A DNA stretch of 64,000 nucleotides from an uncultured Gemmatimonadaceae bacterium (GTDB lineage: Bacteria; Gemmatimonadota; Gemmatimonadetes; Gemmatimonadales; Gemmatimonadaceae). The stretch spans positions 64,001 to 128,000 of the forward strand of contig CAWHHI010000012.1 in assembly GCA_963829055.1 (NCBI GenBank), given 5' to 3'. Positions 31,495-45,090 of this stretch are shown in pieces; position 1 is the first letter of the stretch, and each line of letters starts with the position of its first letter. The notes under the pieces were generated by a model. That model saw nothing but the letters and a program-made list of their open reading frames with translations, was not told the DNA's origin and ran no database searches. A program made the position numbers and the translations under genes.

Positions 31495-34225
31495 ATGCTT
31501 GGTGATACGGAAGAACAAGTCGTCACAACCGATCTCGAGAGCGAATACGAGATACTCGGCGAGCTTGGCCGCGGGGCTACTGCTGTCGTGTATCGCGCGC
31601 GCGATCGCGAGCTCGGTCGTGAAGTCGCGATCAAGGTCATCCGTCCGAAATTCGCGGACGATGACGAGGCGGTAGCGCGCCTCGCGTCGTGAGGCGCGGA
31701 CGGTCGCGCAGCTTGGGCATCCGAACATTGTCACGCTCTACGCGGTCCGACGTGTTCGCGACGGCAGCCTTGCACTCGTTATGCAGCTCGTGCCGGGCAG
31801 AACGTTGCGCGAGATGCTGAACGAGCGCGGCCCGTGCACGTTCGAGCGAGCTGATCGGATCCTTCGCGATGTTGCCTGCAGCGCTCGCGCACGCGCACCA
31901 GCGAGGCATCGTTCACCGCGATGTGAAGCCCGAGAACATTTTCATCGACGAAAACACGGGCCATGCACTGCTCTCGGACTTCGGCGTCGCGCGCTCGCTC
32001 GAGCCCGATTCGCAGCTGACGGCGACCGGGACAGCGATCGGCACGCCCGCGTACATGTCACCCGAACAGATCGACGGCGTCGAGCTCGATGGGCGCAGCG
32101 ATCTGTACAGTCTCGGACTGGTCGGGTGGGAGATGCTCACCGGCCGGCGCCCGTGGGATGGCGAAGGCCTGTACAGCGTCATCTACAAGCAGAAGCGAGA
32201 GGAGCTCCCGCCGATCGACGAGATCAGACCGGACACGCCGGACCGGCTCATCTATCTCATCGAGGGCGCCACAAGGAAGGCCGCCGACGAACGTTGGAGC
32301 GGTGCGGCGGAGTTGCTCGAGCGCGCATCGACCATCGCGCCGGAAGGCGGATGGTCGCGCTGGCACGCCGAGCGGCGGAAGCGCCGGCGCGGGATGGTGT
32401 ACTCAGCCGCGCGCGAACGCGGCGACTCGGTGCTGTCAGCCGCTCTCGAAACGGTTCGCTTCCGGCGCGACGGCACCACGCCCACCCAGCAGGTCGCTAG
32501 CGCACCGCCCGCTCCTCGAGAGCGGTTCGCTGGAGCGGATCCCGCCAAGGTCGAGATCCAGGCGGCTCGGCGCGCGGCGTTCGAGGAGGCCGTCGACGAT
32601 CAGCCGCCGCGCCGCTCGGTCCTCCCCGTGTTCATCGTTGCGATGCTGGTGATCGCAGCGATTGGGGCCGGCGTGCGCCTGATGCGCGGCCGCGCTGATC
32701 CGATCACCGAAAGTCGCTCGCCAGTCGCATTCTCGGACAACGGCGGTGTTGAGGTACCGGTGGGTGGAGTCGCGACGTCGAAGCCCCCCACGCCTAACGC
32801 CATTGTAGGTCAGTCCCCGACTGTACCCGACTCCGCGCCTTCTGCCGCGGTGACTCCAAAGGATTCGAATGGGGTCGCGAGCAACAAACCGGCGCCTGCT
32901 CCGAGCTCGGGGCTCGCACGCACGAGCGAACCGACGGCGACGCCAACGCGCCCGAGCCAGGATGGGCGGAAGGCCGCGACTGGTGGCGAAGTGTCGGCGT
33001 CGCCGACCACGACGGATCGCGGGAAGACCGCGCGCGCGGCCGAAGTTCCGCTGCCTCCGCCACCGGTGTTGCCACCAACGAGCCCCGCCACGTCTTCCGT
33101 CGCATCGCGAGGGGCGGCGCCGGTGACTGCCGTAGCGCCACCGAGTGTTGGCGCGGTCTCGTTTCCCGCGGAGCGAGCGACCGTTGCCGCTGGAGGACGA
33201 CACTCGTGCGAGTTGACCAGCTCGGGCTCCGCGTTATGCTGGGGCTCGAACGACCAGGGACAACTCGGCGACGGCACGCTCGACGATCGCACCGATCCCG
33301 CCGTCGTCGCCGGCGATCTTACGTTCGCGCAACTCAGTGCCGGCGCATCGCACACCTGCGGCGTGACGCGCGACGGCGACGCGTACTGTTGGGGCAACAA
33401 CGAGCGTGGCCAGCTCGGCGACGCCACCACATTGCAGCGGAATACGCCCGTACGCGTCGGCGCCGCCGGCCCGTTCAAGACGGTGCGCGCGGGGTTCGCA
33501 CACTCGTGTGCCCTGTCACGCGGTGGGGAAATCTCATGTTGGGGCTCGAACGCGTACGGCCAGCTCGGGACGGGGGTCGGCCTAACGAGCACACGGCCCG
33601 GGGCCGTCGCCGGTGGGCTCCGGTTCGGCGCCATGGCGGTCGGCTGGAATCACACGTGCGGCATTACGACCGCGGGCGACATGTACTGCTGGGGTGCGAA
33701 CAACGGTGGACAGATCGGCGATGGTACGCGTGACGACCGTCGGACTCCGACACGAATCGCCGCAGGTACCCGCTTCGTGGCGGTCGCTGCGGGAAACCAG
33801 CACACGTGCGCCGTCGCCACGACAGGAGACGTCTACTGCTGGGGGCGAAACAACTACGGGCAACTCGCGACGGGTGCCGGCGATCGCGCTCAGCCCAGCA
33901 AGATCGAGTCAGACGGTAACTTCTCGACGCTCACCGCCGGAGCCGTACACACGTGCGCGGTGACAACAGCCGGTCAGGTGTTCTGCTGGGGACGAAACAC
34001 GTTTGGGCAGTTAGGCGACGGTACGACAACGGATCGTCCGACACCCGTTCGCGTCGTTGGTCTTCCGGCGGTCGGTAGTCGTCCAGGCCAGCGGCGCACA
34101 TACGTGCGCCGCGACACCAGGCGGGCGACAGCTACTGTTGGGGCTACAATGTCGAAGGACAGCTGGGCGATGGAACGCGAAACCATCGATCGCGCCCAGT
34201 GCACGTCGCAGCTCCGTCACGCTAG
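31495..34225 (+). CDS. Hanks-type Ser/Thr kinase - TM - Pro-rich linker - RCC1 repeats (frameshifted)
   Basis: LGRGATAVVY, VAIKV, HRDVKPEN, DFGVAR, GTPAYMSPEQ, DLYSLG; TM VLPVFIVAMLVIAAIGAG; about seven CWG.N..GQLG RCC1 repeats. Confidence 0.92.
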
Positions 34226-34237
34226 CCCAGGCGCCGC

Positions 34238-36404
34238 ATGCTGCACTTCCCACTGCCGGTCCGATTGTCACGTACCGTGTCACGACTCCGCGCCGCCAGT
34301 GGGCTCGCCGCGTTGGCGGCCTCGCTCTCCTGCAGTACCGATACGCTCGACCCCAATCGTACGGCCGTCGCCTCGGTCGTGGTCGCTCCGAGCGAGCTGA
34401 GTGTCGGCGTCGGTTCGTCCGCGCCGCTCATCCGCGGAAGTACGCGACGCCGCGGGCGCACTACTCGCGGACCGAAAGGTCGTGTGGGCGACGAAGAACG
34501 TCACGATTGCCACCGTGTCTGGCTCGGGTGCGGTGACGGGCGTGAGTCCGGGGCCGGTCCAGATCGCCGCGACCGCCGAGGGCAAGAGCGCGCATCGTCG
34601 ATGTGACGGTGAATCCGAAGGCCGTCGCCACCGTGCGCCTAACGCCGAACGGCGACCAGCGACTTGCTGGTCGGTGAAACGAGGCAGATGACGGCCGAGA
34701 CCCTGGACTCACAGGGTGCGCCGCTACCGAGTCGTCCCGTCACGTGGTCGAGCAACTCCATCGGCGTCGCGTCGGTGAGTGCCAACGGACTGATCACGGC
34801 TGTCGCCTCGGGTGGCGCGGTCATCACGGCGTCCAGCGAAGGAAAGACGGCCGTCGTTGCGATCACCGTCTCGTCCGTGCCGGTGGCGACCGTGTCCGTG
34901 ACACCGCCGAGCGGTGAAGTCGTCGTCACGCAGACGCTGCAGCTGACCGCGAACCCCAAGGATGCACAAGGCGGCACACTCGTCGGACGATCCATCGCGT
35001 GGTCTACGAGTGACGCGACTCGTGCCACCGTGTCGTCAACGGGTCTCGTCACAGGCGTGGCTCCAGGCGCCGCCACGATCACGGCGTCGGCTGACGGCAA
35101 GTCAGGAACGTCGTCGATCACAGTCAAGCCGAAACCAGTCGGCGCCGTGATCGTGTCCCCGGGGCAAGTGAGCGTCGAAGCAGGCCAAACGCGTCAGCTC
35201 ACGGCACAGGTGACGGACGATCAGGGCAACGTGCTCAGTGGAAGGCCAATCACATACTCCAGCGACAACCCCGCTATCGCGACGGTTTCGGCGGCCGGCG
35301 TCGTGACGGGTGTGGCAATCGGCTCGGCGAAGATCACGGCCACGAGCGAGGGAAAAACGGGCACCGCCGATGTCAGCGTGACAGCGGTTCCGGTCGCGAC
35401 AGTCGAAGTGTCGCCACCGTCGGCGGATCTCACCGTCGGCCAGACCCGACAGTTGGCCGCAATCGCGAAGGACGGGCGCGGCACGGTGCTCGGCGGCCGA
35501 ACCGTCGTCTGGTCGTCGGGCGCGCCGTCGGTCGCCACCGTATCGGGAACAGGCGTGGTGACCGGGGTTGGCGCGGGGAGTGCCGTTGTTTTCGCGACCA
35601 TCGAAGGGCGACACTGGTTCGGCGACGATCAACGTTAGGCAGGTCGCCGTCACGAGCGTGGCCGTGGCGCCGGCGTCGAGCAACATCGCCGTCGGTGCTG
35701 CCGTGCAACTCGCCGCCACCGTGCGCTCCGGCACGACCGTCCTCACCGATCGAGGCGTCGGCTGGAGCTCGAGCAATGATGCGGTCGCGGTGGTATCGAG
35801 CACGGGCCGCGTGACCGGTCTCAAGGCAGGCGTGGTGACGATCACCGCGACGAGCGACGGCGTCGTCGGCACGGCCGTCGTATCGGTCGGTATCGCGAGC
35901 GTCGTAGTCACGCCCTCGCCGACTACGGTCGGCGTCGGCCAGACACGACAGCTCACCGCCTCGGCGCGCGACGCGGCGAACGGCGCTGTGGCGGGCGTCT
36001 CCTTCCAGTGGTCGTCGCCCGCGACGCAGACCGCGACCGTCGATGCCTCGGGTTTGGTGACCGGTCGCGCGGCGGGCACCGTCAGCATCGCAGCGTCCGT
36101 AGGCTCGGTATCCGGATCGGCCGCGGTGACCGTGGCGCCGCCGCCCGTGGCATGCAGTCACCGTAGCACCGCCAGCACCTAACGTGAAAGCCGGCCAGAG
36201 CGTTCAGCTCACGGCAACGCTCAAGGACGCCAACAACAACGTGCTCACCGACCGCACCGTTGCGTGGAGTTCCAGCAACCCCGCTGCGCGCGACTGTGAA
36301 CGCGCAGGGGCTCGTGACGACATCACTGGTGAACAAAGGAACCGGTAACGATCACCGCGACGTCCGAAGGCAAGAGCGGCTCGTCGGTCGTCACCGTCCA
36401 GTAG
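34238..36404 (+). CDS. Lipoprotein with tandem bacterial Ig-like (Big_2) domains (frameshifted)
   Basis: Lipobox-like AASLSC; about eight repeats of V.V.P...L.VG.T.QL.A...W.SS...VATVS..G.VTGVA.G.A.ITAT.EGK. Confidence 0.88.
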
Positions 36405-36413
36405 GCGCCGCTC

Positions 36414-37586
36414 ATGAAACGATTCATTCGGTCGACGCTTTTCGCAGCCGCTCGCCGGGCTTGTCCTTCTCCTGTCGGGAGCGCTCGCCAGGTCCACTGA
36501 CGCGCAGCAGCTCGCCGCGAAACGCGCGCTGTCCGCGGCGAGCACCTTGCCCTGTGCCGCGCCGACGGCAGGCGTCGCCGCGACGCGCAACGACTCGCCA
36601 GACGTTAGGCGGCTCATGGCGCTCGGCCACGAGGCGGCGATCGTCGGCGATCACCGACAGGCGCGCGACGTGTTCGTCGACGCCGCCCGGCTCAGCCCCG
36701 GCGACGAGCGGATCGCGTACCAACTCGGACGCGCGTACGAGGAGCTCGGCGAACAGCCTAACGCGGTTCGAGAATACTGTCGCTTCCTGGCCCTGGCGCC
36801 ACAGGCCAGCGACGCGCCCGACGTGCGGACGCGGATCACTCGCGCTCGTCGCTCGCACCGCCTGGCGCGACTCGCGGCCAGCGACCCGGTCGGCACGGCG
36901 TTTCGGCACGGCGTCGCGACACCTCGATCGAGCGTCAGTGGCGCGAGGCCGCCGATGCGTTCGACTCGCGTCATCCAGTCACTCCCCCGTGCGGCGGAAG
37001 CGTACTACGATCGGGGACTCGCGCTCGCGGCGCTCGCAGGAGCGCGACGCCGCCGTGCGAGACTTCGAGCAGTATCTGGCGTTTCGTCCGGGCGCCGAGG
37101 ACCAGGCGCAGGTGCGCGCACAGATCGATGCGCTGCGTCGGCCGACGTGGAGCACGAGCACGGCGCTCCTCACGGGGCTCGTCGTTGCCAGGACTCGGAC
37201 AGGTCTACACGTCGCGTCCGTGGATCGGCCTCGGCGTCGCGGCGGTTGCCGGGACGTCGCTCTACCTCGCGCTGCTATCGAAGGAGGAACAGGAGATTCG
37301 CGAGTTCCCGTTCCCTCCCGGATTTCCCGAGCCGACCTACACGGACACGATCACGGTGACGAAGCACCCGTACTACGCGGCCGGGATCGCCGTCTTCGCG
37401 ACGCTCACGATAGGCGCCGCGTTCGAGGCCGCTCGTTACGCACGGCGGTCTCGCGATGCGCCGGTGCGTCACCAACGGGCGGCCGCCCGCCGCACGCGTT
37501 GGCGCGGTGGAGCTGTTTTCACCGGACGTCATCCCGACGCGGCGCGGGCTCGCGCTTCGCATGTCCGGACGCGTATCGCTGCGTAG
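36414..37586 (+). CDS. Exported TPR-repeat protein with C-terminal hydrophobic segments (frameshifted)
   Basis: TPR-like AYQLGRAYEELG..AVREYCRFLALAP, AYYDRGLA, DFEQYLAFRP; C-terminal PGLGQVY..TM pattern. Confidence 0.72.
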
Positions 37587-37748
37587 GCACACGCCCCGGT
37601 ACGTACGCGGTTGCGACTCCGTCCAATGGCCGCATCCACCTGACACGGAGGTCAGCCGAGTCTAGGTTTCGTATCTGCACTCTGTTACGTATGTCGATGC
37701 GTATGTGAAGTGCGCGCACGTTGCCGGTCAGCGTACGTACGCGTTTTG

Positions 37749-38716
37749 ATGATCGTTCACACTAGGCTCGCCGCTGTTGCCTCGGGCGCTGCCGCCGCTC
37801 GGGCAGCATCGGCTCCCGCCGCCAATCATCGACTTCGGGTGGAGGAATACCAAACCATCTTGCATGGCGTCCGGCGCGGCGATCGCTTTGATCGTCGGCT
37901 CTCGCAGTCGTCGACTGCCGTCATTCGCCGCCGCCGTCGCGCGCGAGCGCTGCAGGCGCCGCTGCCATTGATTCCCTTCTCCACCGGCTTCGGGCATGTT
38001 CGGGCCGCCGAGGCCGGATCGGCACGCTGCGGCCCCCCGCCCGATCACCGTATGCGATCGTCGCGAACGCGCCGACACCAGCGTGGACATCCGCACAGTG
38101 CCGAATGCAGGACGCAGCAGAACGCCGGACGCTCCCCGTACGCGCCGCCGCACCAGGCACCGCCTGTAGCCGGGAGGCGCGGCGAGCGTGATGTCGGCGC
38201 GCCGACAGCAGCGCGCTGGCCGAGCACGGCGCGCCTAACGAGATGGTCTCCGGGGCCGCCGTCGATGGCGCATCGGTGCGCTACTGGCGCCCGGCCGATG
38301 GCACGTTGCAATTCCTGCCCGGGCCGACTCGAGGTGATCGCCGGTCGCGACGCGGGCCAGGAGATCCGATTCGTCCGCACGCCGGGCCCTGATGGCACGC
38401 GGTGACGTTCGGGCGGGCCGAGGGCGCGCCGTATCGTCACGTGCAGCTGCGAGAGCCCACGGTCAGCCGCACGCATGCCTGCATGACGTTGGACGTCAGG
38501 ACACCGGCGCGGACTGGAGGGCCGGACGAGGTCGGTCCAACGGCGACTCCGCAGCGCCGCGCTGGCGGCTCGAGAATCTCTCGGCGACGAATCCGGTTGT
38601 GGTGAACGGGAGTCCGCTGGCGGCGGATGAGAGTCCGAGCGTCGTTCGGCGGTGCTCGAGCGAGGGCGATCGGATCGAGATGGGCGAGGTCGTGTTCCGC
38701 TTTCATGAGAACGATA
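37749..38716 (+). CDS. Membrane-anchored FHA-domain protein (copy 2; frameshifted)
   Basis: Pieces read WRPADGTLQFLPGRLEVIAGRDAGQEIRFVRT, TFGRAEGAPYRHVQLREPTVSRTHA, LENLSATNP, EGDRIEMGEVVFRF; paralogue of 30620-31421. Ends approximate. Confidence 0.75.
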
Positions 38717-38755
38717 GCGGAGCGACCGACGGCGCGTTGAGTGAAGGCGGGCATG

Positions 38756-38793
38756 GAAAGCCCCGGCGACTCGTGTGGAGTGCCGGGGCTTTC
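38756..38793. terminator. Probable bidirectional hairpin terminator between FHA copy 2 and the 16S 3' trailer
   Basis: GAAAGCCCCGGC ... GCCGGGGCTTTC stem. Confidence 0.7.
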
Positions 38794-38892
38794 TCTGTAT
38801 GCCTAACAATCGAATGTGACTCGTGGATGGCGCGACACGTGAGCGGTTTTCAGCGGTTGGCGCGAGCCGTCCTGCGTACTCGCCTGCTCCGT

Positions 38893-40443
<1,551 letters not shown>

Positions 40444-40631
40444 AATTCGATAGCTCCTCGAACGCGGTCTTCTCGAAACGCAGTCTCAATAGACCACGTC
40501 CGGAATCAATTGATCGTGATTTGATCTCTCACTGCGGCACACGAACACCGCAGCTCAACGAGAGCCATCGCACGAATGTCACACTCGATTGTCAAACAGC
40601 AACTTGCGTCCCCCAAGTTTCCGGGGAACGC

Positions 40632-40660
40632 TAAATATAACCGACAGTTTGCGCGTGCAA
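40632..40660 (-). promoter_or_regulatory. Putative rRNA promoter
   Basis: Minus strand TTGCAC (40655-40660) with AT-rich TATATTTA at 40632-40639, ~190 nt upstream of the 16S. Confidence 0.55.
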
Positions 40661-40772
40661 GGGGGCAAGTTCACCGCTCGCCACGCTGCAATCGCTCCCT
40701 CACGAATCGTCGCGCATCCCTAACGCGAGCAGCTCGACCAGCGCTCAGCCGCCGAGCGCGACAAACGCTGCC

Positions 40773-41139
40773 TCATTCCTCGCGACGCGGATGACCAGGA
40801 CGCGGACGGTCCTCATCATCCTCATCGTACTCATCATCGAGATCGACGAGATCGTCGTCGAGTTCCTCGAAGTCCTCCTCGTCCTCATCGAGGTCTTCGT
40901 CGTCCTCGTCTTCGTCCTCATCGTCGTCGTCCTCGTCGTCGAGATCGTCGTCCTCGTCATCCTCATCGAGGTCATCGTCCGTCCTCGTCGTCGAACTCGT
41001 CGTCCTCATCGAGATCGTCGTCGTCGAACCCGTCATCCTCATCGTCGTCGTCGAGATCGTCGTCGTCGCGCCTCGGGGATAGCGCACCGGCCGTGAGCTG
41101 CTCCTCATCGGCCTCCGACGAGTCGAGCCAGTCCAACAT
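40773..41139 (-). CDS. Small hyper-acidic (Asp/Glu-rich) low-complexity protein (frameshifted)
   Basis: AGGAG RBS then MLDWLDSSEADEEQL..., a long D/E run (DDDLDEDDEDDDLDDEDDDDEDEDEDDEDLDEDEEDFEELDDDL...) and a basic tail RPRPGHPRREE. Confidence 0.7.
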
Positions 41140-41163
41140 TGTACAGGTCTCCTGGAGGAAGTT

Positions 41164-43051
41164 TTACAGCGAAGCGCGCTCTCGCTCGCGCTTCGCTTCC
41201 CGCGACAGCTTCTTCCGATCGTTCGCACTGAGGAATCGCTTCCGAAGACCGAATCGCTCCGGGCGTCACCTCGATCAGCTCATCGTCCTCGATATACTCC
41301 AAGGCGCCTTCGAGCGTCAACTCCCGCGGCGGCTCGAGCTGCACGTTCTCATCGCTCGCCTTCGAGCGCATGTTCGTCAGCTTCTTCTCCTTCGTCGGGT
41401 TGACGTCCATGTCGCCCGGACGCGAGTTCTCACCGACGATCATGCCTTCGTACACCGTGTCACCAGGTGACACGAACAGTGTCGATCGCTCCTGCAAGTT
41501 CGCGAGAGCGAATGCGACAATCGTGCCCGCCTCCATTGACACCAACGTCCCGCGCGTCCGGCCCGCAAGCGGACCCGCCCACGGCCCGTAGTCGAGAAAC
41601 CGGTGATGAATCACGCCGGTCCCACGCGTGTCCGTCAAGAACTCACTGCGATAGCCGAACAATCCGCGCGCCGGAATGCGGTAGCGCAGACGCACCATCC
41701 CCTGCCCCGGATTCTTCATCTCCAGCATCTCGGCGCGACGCGGCCCGAGCTTCTCGATGACGGCGCCCAGGAATGCCTTCGGGCACATCGATCATCAGCT
41801 CTTCGTACGGCTCGAGTCGTTCACCATTCGCGACCCACGCGCGTGATGACGCGCGGTCGCGACACCTGAAACTCGTAGCCCTCGCGACGCATGGTCTCCA
41901 TGAGAATGGAGAGATGCAGCTCGCCGCGTCCGGACACGGTCCACGAATCGGTCGAATCCGTATCCTCGACGCGCAGCGCGACGTTGCGCTCGAGCTCTCG
42001 GTACAATCGCTCTCGCACCTGACGCGACGTCACGAACTTCCCGTCGCTTCCCGGCGAACGGCGAGTTGTTCACGAGAAAGTCCACCGAGATCGTCGGCTC
42101 CTCGACGGCAATGCCTTCGAGGCGATCCGGATGATCGACGTCGGTGATCGTCAGTCCGATCTCGACATCTTCGAGGCCGGCAAGCGCGACGATCTCGCCA
42201 GCGCGCGCCTGTCTCGATCTCGATTCGATCGAGTCCTTCGAACATGTACAACTTCGTTACGCGCGATCGCTCGACTGACCGCGAGTCGAGTGCAGTACCA
42301 GCGGCGACGATCGCCGGCTCGGCTCCTTCGATCGGAAGCAGTGCAACCGTATCGCCGACGCGAACCGTGCCGCGCTCGATGACGACCGATGCCCAGGCGA
42401 CCGAGATACGGCGAATGATCGATGGTCGAAATCAGCATCTGGAACGGCGCGCCGCCATCGCTCGGTGGCGCCGGGACGTGCCGCACGATCGCTTCGAACA
42501 GCGGCGTGAGGTCCGTCGGAGGGACGTTCATGTCGTTCGTCGCGACGCCCTCGCGCGCCGACGCGTAGATGAATGGCGCATCGAGCTGCGACGAATCGGC
42601 CTCGAGCTCGAGCAGCAAGCTCGAGCACCTCGTCGTGCACACGAAGCGGATCGGCACCAGGTCGATCGATCTTGTTGATGACGACGATGGGCGTGCGGCC
42701 TAACGCGAGCGCCTTGCTCAGCACGAAGCGCGTCTGCGGCATGGGACCGTCGAACGCATCGACGACGAGCAGCACGCCATCGACCATGCGCAGGATGCGC
42801 TCGACCTCACCGCCGAAATCGGCGTGGCCGGGTGTATCGACGATGTTGATCTTGGTGCCGCGCCACCGAATGGCGGTGTTCTTGGCGAGGATCGTTATCC
42901 CCCGCTCGCGCTCGAGCGGGTTCGAATCCATCACGCGCTCCTGAACGACCTGATTGTCGCGGAACGCACCGGCCTGGCGGAGCATTTTGTCCACCAGCGT
43001 CGTCTTCCCGTGGTCGACGTGCGCGATGATGGCAATGTTGCGAATCTGCAT
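41164..43051 (-). CDS. typA: Translational GTPase TypA/BipA (frameshifted)
   Basis: [68 protein letters not shown]. Confidence 0.96.
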
Positions 43052-43160
43052 AGCCTGCATAGCCTGTAAGTATAGCAATCTCACCGGAATGCATTCAAGC
43101 GCTTGCATGGTTTCGGAGTTTTCGTCACCGTACGCGCGTCACGCTATCCGGAGGTGTCAC

Positions 43161-43370
43161 ATGCAGCAGTCGCAGGAGCCCACGGAACCGGGCTATCCCC
43201 ACGGGCGCGGATACGGCCACGACTACATGCGTGGCGGTGAGGTCCTCGGAGGCTACGGCTACAGCGCCCGGGCCGAGTACGAAACACCTCGCGGGGAACT
43301 CCTGACTACAGGGGAGCACGAGCACGTGGGCCCGTCGGACGAGCTGTCGACCAACTCAGCTGGTCCGTAA
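43161..43370 (+). CDS. Hypothetical small Gly/Tyr-rich protein (69 aa)
   Basis: Strong GGAGGT RBS before ATG; divergent from typA; hairpin downstream. Confidence 0.5.
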   Translation: MQQSQEPTEPGYPHGRGYGHDYMRGGEVLGGYGYSARAEYETPRGELLTTGEHEHVGPSDELSTNSAGP

Positions 43371-43454
43371 CCACCCTCCGTCACCAATGACGAACGGCGC
43401 CCGAGGCAATCCGCGGGCGCCGTTTTCCATTCGACCGCTGGTCCGTGACCGACG

Positions 43455-45081
43455 TCAGCGTTTCGTCGCGTAGCCCGGCCGAGGCGGACGCGTCTTCGTG
43501 TCGACGCCGTTATCGGGCTTCGGTGACTGCGCCGCCGCACTCTCGCCATCGACGAACGACGTGTCGTGCCCGCGCGAGCGGAGCGCCTGCGAGAAACCCG
43601 ATCTTGTCGGTCGCCTTCATGTACGCCTCCTTCGGCTCGACCTGACCGGCGTCGACGAGCTCGATCAGCGCGTCGTTGAGCGTGCACATTCCGGCACGCC
43701 GCGACGTCTGCATGACCGAGGTGATCTGGAACGTCTTCGCTTCGCGAATGAGGTTCGAGATCGCGATTCGTCGACAGCAGGATCTCGCGCGCCGCGACGC
43801 GACCACCGCCGATCTTCTTGCAGAGCACCTGCGAGATCACGCCCTTGAGCGACTCCGAGAGCATCACGCGGATCTGCTCCTGGCGATCGGCCGGGAACTG
43901 ATCGACGAGCCGGTCGATGGTGCTCGGGGCCGTCGTCGTGTGCAGCGTGCCGAACACCAGGTGTCCGGTCTCCGCCGTCTCGATGGCGATCGATGCCGTC
44001 TCGAGATCGCGCAGCTCGCCGACCAGCACAATGTCGGGGTCTTCTCGAAGCGCCGCGCGGAGCGCGTGCTTGAACGACCCGGTGTGAACACCCACCTGAC
44101 GCTGCGTGATCACGCACTTCTTGTTCTGATGGACGAACTCGATCGGGTCTTCGATCGTGATGACGTGATCGGTGCGCGTCCGGTTGATCAGGTCGATCAG
44201 CGCGCACAGCGTCGTCGATTTGCCCGAGCCCGGTCGGCCCAGTGACCAGCACGAGGCCCTTTGGTCAGCTGGCAGAGCGCCTGCACTTCGCTCGAGATCC
44301 CAAGCTCTTCGGCCGAGACGACCTTCGCCGGAATGACGCGAAGCACGGCGCCCGCACCCTTCCGCTCGCGAAACACGTTCGCGCGGAAGCGGGCGAGCCC
44401 CGGAATCTCGTACGCGAAGTCGGTGTCGTTCGTCTCCGCGTACTCGGTCCGATTCCGCTCCGGCATGATCGACGTTGCAGCATGCGCATGAGCGTCGGAT
44501 CGTCGAGCGGTGGCTCGTCGTCGAGCCGCACCATCTCGCCGTGCCGGCGAAGAATCGGCGGCTCGCCGCACCGAAGGTGCAGATCCGACCCGCCCTGCTC
44601 CACGAGCTGTCGGAGCAGGTTGTCGATCGCCACACGCGCGGTGTGATCCTCGCCCACCTGCAATCGCTCGTCGCGGCCGGGCGGCGGCGGAACGACACGG
44701 GCCGCCGCCATCGATGGAGTCGGGCGGCCTGCACCGCCGGCGCGGTGATCGCCGGCGTCGGTGCGCCGGCGTTCCGCCGTTCACACCCGCGTGATCGCGG
44801 CCATCCACTTGCCGCTCTCGTTCGACGCACGGGCGTTGAACACGCCGTCGCCACTCCGATACTGGAACTCCGCGGGCGCTCCTTCGTCGAGACGGCGCAG
44901 CGCATCCGGCGGCGCGATCTCGCGCAGCAGTCCGAGCAGCTGCGTGGCCCCAAGCGCCTGCTTGGTCAACGGGAACGGTGGCGCCGTCCTTCACGAGCGA
45001 CGCGAGCTCGTTCTCGACGAGGCGAAGCGCCTCGGCGCGGTTGCTCACCATGACGGAGAGCAGTCGGTCCAACTGTGGCAT
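43455..45081 (-). CDS. pilT: PilT-family type IV pilus retraction ATPase with an extra N-terminal domain (frameshifted)
   Basis: [62 protein letters not shown]. Confidence 0.9.
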
Positions 45082-45090
45082 TAGGCTCCG

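Noticed and set aside
33180..36404. Periodic DNA in the RCC1 and Ig-domain genes as a possible CRISPR array or DNA repeat
   Set aside because: Repeats are degenerate at DNA level and conserved at protein level. No fixed repeat-spacer structure or cas genes were seen anywhere in the window.
40791..41096. Very hydrophobic plus-strand ORF (ILIVLII...)
   Set aside because: Antisense read of the GAC/GAG-rich acidic ORF, which has the RBS.
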